Shown in pieces: positions 12,001 to 18,218 of a stretch of DNA of 64,000 bases. The DNA lies in IMG/VR virus record IMGVR_UViG_3300042988_001200. One strand, 5' to 3'. This stretch comes from a virus. Its lineage: Duplodnaviria > Caudoviricetes. A program made the translations under genes and the position numbers. Each line of letters opens with the position of its first letter. The first letter of the stretch is position 1. The notes below the pieces were generated by a model. It was not told the DNA's origin. It ran no database searches and saw only the letters and a list, made by a program, of their open reading frames with translations.

Positions 12001-12143
12001 GTTCTGATAGAGAATATAAAAAGGATTTAAGATTAGCTCCAATGGAAGTAGCAGCTATTGTAGATGGTAATATTATAAGGAAGGTTACAACCTCTGAATC
12101 AGAGATTAAAGAGGAAGTTTTTAATAATATTAATTACAGTTAA
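3..12143 (+). CDS. Giant tape-measure-like / ejected virion protein with embedded PLD (HKD) domain, 5'-partial, at least 4046 aa
   Basis: The frame is open from nt 3 (IPSGADSKNK...) through the tracked ATG at 111 to the stop at 12143. It has many Gly/Ala-rich hydrophobic segments. PLD motifs are HSKTLWSR..STGNL (His at nt 2313) and HAKLLADD..TSHNL..EVG (His at nt 2838). The tape-measure role is inferred from size and composition. Confidence 0.6.
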   Translation: MPSGADSKNKSIETNYLPEVLAATIGISFGVGVDVGMSKLSKSMANRSNTFRHVFDRDRTGTFSKNFSPLLLGAIAGAAISDNSIEDKVQGTYLGAMGGGFIGFLGMKEEIGPMLNKRLGLGLMGGALGLLIGSKISASKESNKVTSYSINKGGELRVTYDNLQELIKEDKATLPYDFYKHPEANKLVEAYLISNQRGFRGIEDTGNYADRHLIYQVNKDKHGYNTQIGKLNIKLDITVPSYSKEEGFIRVSQEEVRKKYSIKDTDSIDRANGLFNAYQIGLFIPSMTFFTIGTIAEVKNKPGVKKIVDFITNYTDKVKYLWPGERAIGEGIQEIGQGSTAFLTRGYSRGLNRGIRKLGEGIKYKVIGESLSLAKKTFIYAIPVSIISSMFGNIDRDNNQNIEVYSKEVSHYEAIETIMPKATGNKNIDSRVNLQTYMEEGTAYKLGDVIIYDSGTIGQGLRNFLETAPDKSVKALLYKLGHEQGLQEVISRKAAIGGIGISGGDNIDTFSFWDEIGKGFQGEGSWAQVFSYPLRASKHESLGAGIASITSPIVGGLYNNLATNLGFDPIYNYKFDKDVYSPLAHSLNTLTYGGLGAAIGIGIHSYVGGAGRIPMRGKGRFVGGLIGGLIGVALGATQPTYIDSGFYDSLSKQTQLSFGVFKESSAHKALTKKDSSIGDLVLGAGLTAGLPALVGVALPMKGRVNRGIFLGIVGYTTGMIISTMTGNGVLPSTLPMSRRFLTNEYDLSNQTFSVLPGARRGSGKQQLSHIHSKTLWSREEVFISTGNLDSVWKNIYGDESQFNIAVRVKGDTAKKLIPQLDILHEFMKKATPDSNLSSIVDQIPDLILGGQGSKSNEKILEFIQSAKGDLWISAPYLAGLSRDVRPLVEAIKALEAKGQNVHLIAQNPRGVSAGGQPEMSIALQRELLASGIDVYTTPYTNTTLTHAKLLADDVKTFITSHNLFSGNSMNKVVEVGIVLEGEEYAKATKQAALRFMIKNNFSNIKDSPQFSPEVSKGFRGVERVKALDINPQFAGLFDHHSGYLLLNSQMGASFFYSRALYNNLQRQAGFYHRIIDEEFGPATSLFKIAYLAHINKNTNTPLSTDLSYIPYFVSQYDKELQTQGVGGVFNEFVSMRLGMGRMYKDEYGFIGSIAGSIGAILDRTYLFFQGGNIVGVHSNYDDVDNKDMKYKNRMFQEGTFEALFTYLAVTAESAVASIALYISLGEPINLLIGEGFKTSTENFIRDAIKEEDFLSPSSRLKRASNLGLYDSQSSIQARLSLFSSITSGEEYFSVSNFKLTPYHVSNFFLRERSYHLQREVLEPFLLEKINPYERFERSQQGFRAVINKFIEEIRTPPEIRLVASESNLETISKLVKQQKEISEHLSSIGVNKKLVDVIISEAIGYKEVRSQLASALNLDPNASLDEIVNTLKGFNSSSYLDGVLPSIQTRNKLGTYTYTEEGKLISGVNLEIGNVGVERATRIARAVQDILDEIPLNPIHWKVFNSNSVASLLGVKEGGYQRVVNRTNFTVISKVATIGDILSFTDLTQTMSEIMFGKGGISAFIAANEIYSTEIDKSIARHSVDRIHTIWNMTAGAAYRASSRAWSRYKLVMGLPFQTGLMKASESLKAMEFNLFNKIGDDGLRGITWGDDAAIISKRIEDLTKEAKAIWEQSIQSGEYERISKYVSSLDQRGFIAEYIAEQLQPHVDPLARRINYIDESVVSALHQVDEVHQALSNNPRMAGTFLMEMQEHLRKETMDMFVTATMSGSNLQKRLIKLRPGDPYGLASKKKMASVAMSLLGIGTIFLEQLFTNTQGVSIFTQVATALTFSRYSDKESGVSTTFTNSAFLPGSGVSRYITNIGVNIGVLGLSHIIGSSILRAQALDYTFDNDLLYRHIDETRGASINIRLKHLDANGDEVIELVSDLIDDWKTEGVESGADLIKRLKGLVNEGYSLQYAVTKGASTKYLSAFVEGKYLKTRAIRFVGNTWFNTAVTYAVLTMAIKGVKGGIASTLNTLRDTTGTIDPILFGGIGMGIGAIKGGFRGGLAGLAVGVFSSFIMNSLGVKLLNIGGKGVKVDNLETGILSELSNFRHYVMANLGDASRAELMAALWSRNMESAYSILYKEPSGTTSNVLAKQITFPVFQFFFTSKVIGEQINNEGIITNPGQIYYSTGIQGPPISGISFSFGLPFKIVKGKGVFGTGIAYNEEANVMDYIHSVSYTSLYLGANSLALGTLYKVSNSLKSKSAIKEVGVLEMLAKMSKGTAQLVDDVLMTPVEFGYRVVTSLATVDIRNAFSVAYKEQDKAAQLGTLRKPVGGIGALALKTLLGLYIGGQIGSLYQGIVSKDTIEYQDKVSSAIDVGALIGGGLAVGHHFIYPKIYPHIQGKLFKYNSLPRLPRYIPALAIGIGVGTLMANSSYGLSSGMDFHEDELSFTKYAITAVGYGTVLGTVAYKVGNIGLTMADTLQKYVDLDSRLEMATVKSTTGSGLNRMVNKAKKFYYSLFIDNAQKEAQMVVDTIKHNQQEIDVRYNQVKGVKGETVADTLPDGYARKAVELIDNNTDVKFLIHSSENKEILNNINKAKGSFLESRFHKRIFPHRVKRTVGGMIALGIGLSILMGGNEGQFYDYIEGASPDQSKVRASMGKMQAVFRSSLADIFRLITGRDKKLMSPNQLNNVFRSASEYTGIDYKVQYEKLLKTRPDLINSINSSINGFSQLMVFDSPNAFISIGVIGGAFRRSEYGNILTPYIQIQGTGADISTASYQMVSRFYFNSVIGGANNLYFDIMNAVKISNQALKAGQPMSKFISRQIAINLLSVTAKQQPLQKRRKVSMLNEETISALSSDSLLGAILKHRVNITKNLSYQPPLSLATRLLLNNVETNPQIANPVLLYLLSPDTLKELGLNIDSTVFELLSKDPFFLLSKSFVINGINSFALNRDAVGNYLKGIFFPAQIPMDHQDIWKGGDSSYISSYYQHEGDIGFAIMQASRTNPILQLLGNLTRGVPSSIKALGAGVIFASLLGVITFNLGRKGLAIEDRALYKEINEYFLSGWFKQSREAEGFAWTFRTSYPLVGKKASLKVSGENYSIIYKGAYQFVINNRIGNSVGISRLLAKVQEDLYGIITESFGAEYDDKGVMTKKGTNLADWFLSSNKQKELIQAIESIDKPTKADSLTITHLDENGNSTDKVFTVETDKPILDNLNNLKHFEDSLGELDEAQSALLIEFRSKQTSLYEKSLRPSTLVKNITDVFMKDMEDLVDRYIDTLIDNRIRVNENYLLNLPQLDNETKSISEIFDSYQDPNSRYKGIVKYVDSFGDVTRWTEVSFITILNPNMGLQDMMEISYLLKNKDTRPEGLTRLVAGMSAEQKALYTVNIDGKATVDIHKALKEQARVAISDAVEQYISQFPGSTEEAKKALLKHFQGTNPRLDNMTIEVLGGLIGLKKDKDASFFSLLRHHWAGLGTTPTADVTRGLSTTMRRMVNFIRGKSSIPDADETGVVSTTKTDPYLIGKSNNSPIPMGIMTESGDEVINRVLVAQDMARADVGFGNKIGKGFGILLEFLGFGVDVVEGVSTMAAFSRLGHAYTSETYTEAQIMNEAMYAGTTLVNSALSILILGAASYAANVFAAGTLAAFIAPLVIIGVASLAGFAFNKWAPDSIKSKVHGGFNKLYEGAAKMLKGGGDFFRDKFGKRAASAFSHAVGGIMMGGMIVASLGTISSISALVGLGTAISMPALGSFLLAGAAIGGVTAAAIGFLNPGLLDKTLGPMVESLSNVRIGNVPLGRLFVIRPDQWLYEFMKTGDPITGVDKYGAPIKAITANDLIKQDYAAQLLAADDYTGSSAASLFIHQGMYGTYNTNNSIDKYGKVSIIRPPSILSPFIQKEIKYRGQLFNQSIVGRYVWNTLLANSSNQRHVRKVMESPILKPSTNALKQISIDAARHAQVKQFQSKSVTLLSKSFTIRNIPILASIIDKFNDAKAKLQAKIAYAKLPIRAIFRLDNITSSDREYKKDLRLAPMEVAAIVDGNIIRKVTTSESEIKEEVFNNINYS

Positions 12144-12148
12144 TTTAT

Positions 12149-12841
12149 ATGAATGAAGAATTAAAAACTCTTTTAATTGGTTTAAATAAATCAATAGAGA
12201 ATATAGAAGAGGCTATAGAGTTTAAGAATAGTAAAGAAAGAATCATAGAAGAACTAGAGGTTATGAGAGGTTTAGTAGAGGTAATAGATAATAATAATTC
12301 CTCTATTGTCCCTTTATCTGTATCTAATAAAGTAGACTCTTATAATCTAGGAGCTATGGTAGTTAATATGGCTAATAGTGGATTTACTCATATGGATATA
12401 GCTGAAGAATGCTCTAAGGAATGTGGTGTAGATTTTAATATTAGAGAAGTGAGTGATTGGTTAAATAACTATGTCTCTCTAAGTAGTAGTAAAAAAAGTA
12501 AGGTTCTTAGAGGTTCTGTATTTGATTCTAGAAATAGATTAGAGGAACTATCTTTACTTCTTTATTCTCTATTAGATACTATTAATGAAAAGGATGATAG
12601 TTTATTTAAATATAATAAGATTACTAAAGAAGAGGTCTACCTACAAGTAATAAAAGAGATAAGACAGCTTACTAAACAAGCAACAGACCTAATAGAAAAA
12701 ATAGATGATAGGTCTAGGATACAAGAGTTTCAGAATACAGTTATTGAGTGTTTACAAAGAGAGGCTCCATTAGTAGCTTCTAAGGTTATTAAGAGTCTAA
12801 GAGAACAACAGACTATACAACAACTAGCAGGTCTTAAATAA
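12149..12841 (+). CDS. Hypothetical protein, possible HTH plus helical/coiled-coil region
   Basis: 230-aa ORF tightly packed after the giant gene. FTHMDIAEECSKECGVDFNIREVSDWL looks HTH-like. Confidence 0.4.
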   Translation: MNEELKTLLIGLNKSIENIEEAIEFKNSKERIIEELEVMRGLVEVIDNNNSSIVPLSVSNKVDSYNLGAMVVNMANSGFTHMDIAEECSKECGVDFNIREVSDWLNNYVSLSSSKKSKVLRGSVFDSRNRLEELSLLLYSLLDTINEKDDSLFKYNKITKEEVYLQVIKEIRQLTKQATDLIEKIDDRSRIQEFQNTVIECLQREAPLVASKVIKSLREQQTIQQLAGLK

Positions 12842-12857
12842 ATTAATATACTTAAAT

Positions 12858-13217
12858 ATGTCAAAAGCTCATAAAGGAAGAGAAACTGTTTATGTATATC
12901 TAGCTCATAATTTTCCTTGGAAAGAAAGTCTAGTTCTAGATGGTGAAGTTTATGTATATGAAGAGGTTCTAGAAGCTATATCTAAATTAAAAAGGAATGA
13001 CCCCCTCTCTCATAAAATACTGGCTTATAGATGGTTGACTACTAGAACTAGAGCAGATATATCTGCTGGCTTATTTATGGATAGTTCCACTCTTAAGAGA
13101 ATGTGGGACTATGCTATTGATATATTAGTTAATTATCTTAGACATAAACATAATAGAGAAGGGAATATAGCCCCTTTACTAGAACCTATTGACCTTATAT
13201 ATAAGATTAAGAGCTAA
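12858..13217 (+). CDS. Putative HTH transcription regulator (sigma region 4 / ArpU-like)
   Basis: RTRADISAGLFMDSSTLKRMWDYAIDIL resembles a sigma-4-type HTH. Confidence 0.45.
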   Translation: MSKAHKGRETVYVYLAHNFPWKESLVLDGEVYVYEEVLEAISKLKRNDPLSHKILAYRWLTTRTRADISAGLFMDSSTLKRMWDYAIDILVNYLRHKHNREGNIAPLLEPIDLIYKIKS

Positions 13218-14271
13218 AGGTAAAAGAGGAACTAATATCTCCCCAACATAACTTTAAATAAGGACAAGGAGCTCCATACATTGATAAACAAGGACTATAG
13301 GGCTCTGGAGTATGTTTATAAAATAACTCCTGTTCTATTATTTTATGGTTATCAAATAGGCATTTAACTATCTGTTTAATATGATTATCTGAAGGAGTCT
13401 TTATAACTACTAGATTCCCAGAGCTTAGATTATTTATTCCTATATAACCTACATCCTCTTTATTTAACTTCTTATATGCCCAGGCATAGGCACATAGTTG
13501 TACATTATGATAAACATCCTGTTGAGTAAAGTCCTTACTACTAGTTTTATGGTCTATAATTACTACCTTATTATCCTTGTCTCTACCTATTAAATCTATA
13601 TAACCCATAAAATAGATATCTCCTTTTTTTCTATAACTATTAGGTAAGAGTAAAGGATTAACTATTTCATTACCATCTCTACTAGAGATTGGATACTCTA
13701 TGGCTTCTATAGTTTTAATAATACTAGGGTGTTTATACCTTTTAACTATTTGATATCCCTCTATATAAGCATCTACTATAGTCTTATCTTTTTTAGAGGT
13801 AGGAGGAAAACATTGGTCTAATGTATATTTATATGTCTCTAAACCTAAATCTTTATATAACTTCTTCCACTTGGAAGTTAACTCTGGATGCCTAGTTATA
13901 TCTCCATTCTGCTTTCTTATAGAGTCCTCTTCATTATATTCAATAGAGGCTTTAATGTATAACTGCTCCACTTCTTCTAGATAAGAATTTAATAACTCAT
14001 AGTTATAGTTCTTTAGTTTATAACTATCTAGTACCTCTTTCCCAGTCTGATGGTAATAATCTAAAGGTTTAAACCTCTTAGAGTATTCACTATAAGCTAA
14101 CTCTAGACAATTATGTACCAGTGTTCCTACTAAGGCCCCATAACTTATACTCTCCTCTACAACTACTTTTTCTACGTATTTCTTCTTATAATATTCCCCA
14201 CATAGAGATAATGTCTTTAATTTACTTACACTATAATGCTTAAAATCATTAGGTATATTTATCCTATTCAT
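13207..14271 (-). CDS. PD-(D/E)XK exonuclease, Cas4/RecB/AddB-like
   Basis: YSVSKLKTLSLC, GTLVHNCLE, GYIDLI, IIDHKT, QLCAYA, and a C-terminal Cys cluster CLSMYGAPCPYLKLC (probable Fe-S staple). Confidence 0.85.
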   Translation of the reverse strand: MNRINIPNDFKHYSVSKLKTLSLCGEYYKKKYVEKVVVEESISYGALVGTLVHNCLELAYSEYSKRFKPLDYYHQTGKEVLDSYKLKNYNYELLNSYLEEVEQLYIKASIEYNEEDSIRKQNGDITRHPELTSKWKKLYKDLGLETYKYTLDQCFPPTSKKDKTIVDAYIEGYQIVKRYKHPSIIKTIEAIEYPISSRDGNEIVNPLLLPNSYRKKGDIYFMGYIDLIGRDKDNKVVIIDHKTSSKDFTQQDVYHNVQLCAYAWAYKKLNKEDVGYIGINNLSSGNLVVIKTPSDNHIKQIVKCLFDNHKIIEQELFYKHTPEPYSPCLSMYGAPCPYLKLCWGDISSSFTFSS

Positions 14272-14326
14272 AATATAAATTTATATTTATTATTAATAAT
14301 ATAACAATAAATTTATATTATGAATA
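14265..14326. repeat. 20-bp perfect inverted repeat overlapping the start codon of the nuclease gene
   Basis: TATTCATAATATAAATTTAT (14265-14284) pairs with ATAAATTTATATTATGAATA (14307-14326), with a 22-nt loop. Confidence 0.85.
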
Positions 14327-14331
14327 TAAGA

Positions 14332-14634
14332 TTAAGGTAGTTCTATAATAAAACCTTTAGGTAATTCTTTTAAACCTAGTTCCTTAGCTATAGCTTCTTT
14401 ATCTAGCCATTCATCTAACTCATTAGCATCATTATTTATATGTTTTTTAACTACATCAATAATATCTGGATGAATATAAAGACCCCACCAATAGGGTACA
14501 TCCATTAAGTAATCTTCTATAGCTATATATCTATATTCCTTTAGTAGTGTTTTTAAGGTGTTAGTAGCATAGAAGGCAGTGGCCTGAGCTTCATTTAATA
14601 GATAGCCCTGAGAGTAACTAGTAGGTTTAATCAT
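14332..14634 (-). CDS. Hypothetical protein
   Basis: 100-aa ORF packed within the operon. Confidence 0.6.
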   Translation of the reverse strand: MIKPTSYSQGYLLNEAQATAFYATNTLKTLLKEYRYIAIEDYLMDVPYWWGLYIHPDIIDVVKKHINNDANELDEWLDKEAIAKELGLKELPKGFIIELP

Positions 14635-15110
14635 AAGTTATTCATATACCAAATATACATAGCAATAGAATCAGTTAATCCATCAAGTAGTCTCCCTCTC
14701 TTAGTAATAATATTAAGATTAGGGAACAATCTTTTACATAAAGAGGCAGCTTTTAGTTTAGTAGATTTATGTTTAGAAGTTAAACTAGAGAACTCTATAC
14801 TTATTTCCTCTTTCTTTATAATAGATTGCCATACTTGAGGTCTAACTATAATATAAGGAATAGATAAGGTTTCTAGAACTCCAATCCAATATCCATAAGA
14901 TTTAGCTATATTAAATGTACTTTTAACATGTTGTCCTATCCTACAGCTCTGTTCCTCTAATATAGCTTGTTTTATATTAAGCTCCTTTATCTTAAGGATT
15001 AGACTATTATCTTCAGGGGTAGGTAAGTAGTACATAACTTCTAATTTCTCGGAGTTTCCTAGGCAGATACCCCCTTTAAGTCCTACATCTATAGTTAATA
15101 TGTAACTCAT
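14631..15110 (-). CDS. ruvC: RuvC-like Holliday junction resolvase
   Basis: ILTIDVGLKGG, AILEEQ, VRPQVWQ and DGLTDSIAM supply the RNase H-fold acidic residues. Confidence 0.8.
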   Translation of the reverse strand: MSYILTIDVGLKGGICLGNSEKLEVMYYLPTPEDNSLILKIKELNIKQAILEEQSCRIGQHVKSTFNIAKSYGYWIGVLETLSIPYIIVRPQVWQSIIKKEEISIEFSSLTSKHKSTKLKAASLCKRLFPNLNIITKRGRLLDGLTDSIAMYIWYMNNL

Positions 15111-15490
15111 TTCTTAATAAGAGTTTCTATATAAGTGATATCAAAGGTTTCTCTCATTACTTCCTCCCTTTTCTCTTGTAGTTTCTTTATATTTGATAGA
15201 GTTTTACTACTATTAGAGTTAAAAGATGTTTCTGTAATCTTATTAAAGAACTCTTTAATACTCTCATTAGAGTAGCATTTGGGTACTTCTTTATCAAAGA
15301 ATAGGCTTACTACTTTATTTAAATCTATTAAATAATCTTTGAATAGTATAATTTCTTCATATGTTTCTATATCAACTCTACATAATTTAAGATTAATTAA
15401 AAGGATTAAATCTCTTAAAGAGATGTCTTTAATCGTATTAAGAAGCTCTTTACCTTGTTCTCCCAGAAGGAATTGAGATGTAGTATTCAT
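15107..15490 (-). CDS. Hypothetical protein
   Basis: 127-aa ORF with 4-nt overlaps to both neighbours. Confidence 0.6.
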   Translation of the reverse strand: MNTTSQFLLGEQGKELLNTIKDISLRDLILLINLKLCRVDIETYEEIILFKDYLIDLNKVVSLFFDKEVPKCYSNESIKEFFNKITETSFNSNSSKTLSNIKKLQEKREEVMRETFDITYIETLIKK

Positions 15491-15939
15491 ACTTGTATAG
15501 CTTTAGTTATTGAATAACAGCAGTAAGTCCAGTATCTATATATGAAGTTAGAGTAGTAAGAGTTTATGAAAGATTCAAAGGTTATTGGTAATATGTTATT
15601 TCTATAAGGGAATATCTCTACATTTTGGAAGTAGTAGAGTACAAATTCATGTTTATAGGATAATAACTCTATTTGTTTTATTAATATATCTTCTAGAGAA
15701 GATTTACTTATATGAGAATACTTTAGTAATCTAAATCTAATATAAGTATCTTTATCTTCTTTTAATAGACCTATTTCTTCATAGAACTTCTTATAAGTTT
15801 TTCTACTTGGAGTAATACTAGAGCTGTAGAGATTAGGTTTAGGTTTTTTAGTATTACCCCAACAAAGAAGATATGGTTGAATTAATTTATGAGTAGAAGG
15901 TATAAAGTCCCCGTATATAAATATAGGTTCTTCTTTCAT
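15487..15939 (-). CDS. Hypothetical protein
   Basis: 150-aa ORF within the operon. Confidence 0.55.
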   Translation of the reverse strand: MKEEPIFIYGDFIPSTHKLIQPYLLCWGNTKKPKPNLYSSSITPSRKTYKKFYEEIGLLKEDKDTYIRFRLLKYSHISKSSLEDILIKQIELLSYKHEFVLYYFQNVEIFPYRNNILPITFESFINSYYSNFIYRYWTYCCYSITKAIQV

Positions 15940-15946
15940 ATAGATA

Positions 15947-17233
15947 TTAGTAATTAAATACCTTTATAACATAATCAATTGTAGATAAATCTTTAAGAAT
16001 AGATATTTGAGAGAATGATTCTTTACCTCTACCTGTTTTAGATATTAGAGTAAGGATAGTTTGATGGTAAGATATATCCTCCCCATGATTAGATATAAGG
16101 TAATCAATAATATCTATAGCTTCTTCATATATTTGATTCTTTATAGTAGAGGGGTCTATATTATTTTTAATACAGTATAAAAGAGTGTCATTTATATCTT
16201 TACCATATTCTAAGGGTGGGGTCCATATAGATACCTTAGAGTCTATAAGACTTAGTTGTAAATCTATAACTTGAGGAATTAGAACTCTCCAACTTTTATA
16301 TTGATTAGGGAAATACTCATGGTCTGATGGGAACTTATCATTATCCCCAATAACAAGAATATGTTTAAAGTCTTTAATCTTAGACGTATGCTTTAGTAGA
16401 TTGCTAAGACCTAATATACCTACAGAGGGTAAACCCATTTGAGCTAGAGAACAAGTATCGGGAGCCCCCTCAGCTATAACTATAGTAGGATGAATAGATT
16501 TATAAACATTAAGTTTCTCCTCTAGAAAGAGAAAGGAAGTTATAGGCGGTACTAGAGAACTAAGAGTGGCCTTATACTTAGAGATTAAATCCTTTTTATC
16601 CTCTGGTATAGGTAGAATGTATCTTCCTTGAAGGTGTACAAATCTATTACAGTTATCCTTTATAGGAAAGATGATTCTATTAGAGAAGAACTCTCTATCA
16701 GTTATAGGATTATATAAACCTTCTCTTTCTAGGTCTATAGATTTAAAACCCCTACTTCTTAATAAAGCTCCATAAGAAGGAGCATAACCTAATTCCCAAT
16801 TTCTTATATTTCTTTCAGTAAAGCCTCTTTCTTTTAGATAATTAATAGCTTTATTATTACTATTCCAGAGTTCTTGTTGATATATATACATAATCTGTTT
16901 TAGAAACTCACTTCTTTCGTTTAATCTATTAGAGTGACCTTCATAATCTAAGGAAGATATTAATTCAGATATAGCTTGAGAAAAAGAACAATTATGAATA
17001 ATACAGTATATATCTATAACATCTAGAGACTTTCTTTTATCTTTAATATATTTATAAGAAGGACAAGAAGTAGAATAGCACCATCCATATTGATTATTTA
17101 TAGTTCTCCATTTCTTTATTTTATTACAAAAAGGACAGGTGGATGTCCCTTCTTTATTTACTTTTATTAAAGAGTCAATACTAATATTAGATTTGATTAA
17201 ATCAACCTTTGTTTGTAGAGAAGTAGATATCAC
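15947..17233 (-). CDS. dnaG: DNA primase, DnaG type
   Basis: Zn-binding CPFC...WCYSTSC, FSNRIIFPIKD, TOPRIM motifs IAEGAPD and IGDND, and GKDIND. Confidence 0.9.
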   Translation of the reverse strand: MISTSLQTKVDLIKSNISIDSLIKVNKEGTSTCPFCNKIKKWRTINNQYGWCYSTSCPSYKYIKDKRKSLDVIDIYCIIHNCSFSQAISELISSLDYEGHSNRLNERSEFLKQIMYIYQQELWNSNNKAINYLKERGFTERNIRNWELGYAPSYGALLRSRGFKSIDLEREGLYNPITDREFFSNRIIFPIKDNCNRFVHLQGRYILPIPEDKKDLISKYKATLSSLVPPITSFLFLEEKLNVYKSIHPTIVIAEGAPDTCSLAQMGLPSVGILGLSNLLKHTSKIKDFKHILVIGDNDKFPSDHEYFPNQYKSWRVLIPQVIDLQLSLIDSKVSIWTPPLEYGKDINDTLLYCIKNNIDPSTIKNQIYEEAIDIIDYLISNHGEDISYHQTILTLISKTGRGKESFSQISILKDLSTIDYVIKVFNY

Positions 17234-17236
17234 AGT

Positions 17237-17707
17237 TTATTTACCTTCTTCTATTCTTATAGATGGTATAGGATTATCTTTTTTTTGTTCAAATAAAAGC
17301 TCAAAACCTCCTAATATTGAAGATAAGATCATAATAAATATTACAGAAACATAAAGAGCCACTTCTTTATAATCTGTTAATAATTTAAATAAAGCTAGTA
17401 TAACATTAGGTTTATCACTATTATTAATAATAAGGGGTAGGGCTCTTTCTTTGGATTCATTTAAATCTTCTTTAAGAGAAGTAAGTCTAGTTTCTGTTTT
17501 AAAAGTTAGAGTTTCATATTTTCTTTCTAGTTCTATTAAACTATTTTTTAGTTCTTCTTTCTTTTCTATTGAATCCTTTAGAAATAATTCTATCTCTTGA
17601 ATTTTTGATTTGAGGGTTTTAATCTCCATAAATAAAACGATAAAACTTATTTCTGGAGTTTTATTCTTTAATAAGTCTTCTATATTTATGTAATCATCGT
17701 TATTCAT
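17237..17707 (-). CDS. Coiled-coil protein with C-terminal transmembrane helix
   Basis: Heptad-rich middle region and hydrophobic VALYVSVIFIMILSSILGGF. Overlaps the response regulator gene. Confidence 0.6.
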   Translation of the reverse strand: MNNDDYINIEDLLKNKTPEISFIVLFMEIKTLKSKIQEIELFLKDSIEKKEELKNSLIELERKYETLTFKTETRLTSLKEDLNESKERALPLIINNSDKPNVILALFKLLTDYKEVALYVSVIFIMILSSILGGFELLFEQKKDNPIPSIRIEEGK

Positions 17708-18218
17708 TTTTCCTTATTATAGATTTTATATGGCATTTAAAATCTTTTATAAAGCTGGGTAGTCCTTTAAAAAAAGGACTACTACAACCTTTAATAAATT
17801 CTAATCTTGCTATACTTTTATTTATAGATTCTTTTAGAATTAATTTATTATTCATTAATGTTTCTTTATTTATATAATCTTGACATCCTAATTCTAGACA
17901 AATATCTCTATGAATATCATTGTTATATCCCGATACAACTATAATAATAATATCCTTAATCCTCCCTTGTAGAAAGAGTAATAGATTATATATAACAATT
18001 AACGGGTAGGATTCTAAATTATTAGAGTTAGGAGCTATATGAAAATCTTTTATATCTAAGTCTGTAATGATGATATCTACTACATTATTATTAAGAATAT
18101 CTATAGCTCCTCTCAAGGAAGTTGCTGAAAAGAGAGTAAAATCTTTTAGTAAATACTTCTCTATTTCCAGGTCATCTTCATTATCTTCTATAATTAATAC
18201 TTTTTTATTCTTTCTCAT
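17700..18218 (-). CDS. Response regulator receiver-domain protein
   Basis: VLIIEDNEDD acidic pocket, phospho-acceptor D53 (IIITDL), VVSG, GCQDYINK (conserved Lys). Confidence 0.88.
   Translation of the reverse strand: MRKNKKVLIIEDNEDDLEIEKYLLKDFTLFSATSLRGAIDILNNNVVDIIITDLDIKDFHIAPNSNNLESYPLIVIYNLLLFLQGRIKDIIIIVVSGYNNDIHRDICLELGCQDYINKETLMNNKLILKESINKSIARLEFIKGCSSPFFKGLPSFIKDFKCHIKSIIRKNE

Noticed and set aside
12149-12841. Terminase small subunit
   Set aside because: An HTH-like stretch is present, but there is no adjacent large terminase and no diagnostic motif.
13207-14271. Cas4-like nuclease as part of a CRISPR-Cas system
   Set aside because: No cas1/cas2 or array in the window. It sits with RuvC and primase, as solo phage exonucleases usually do.
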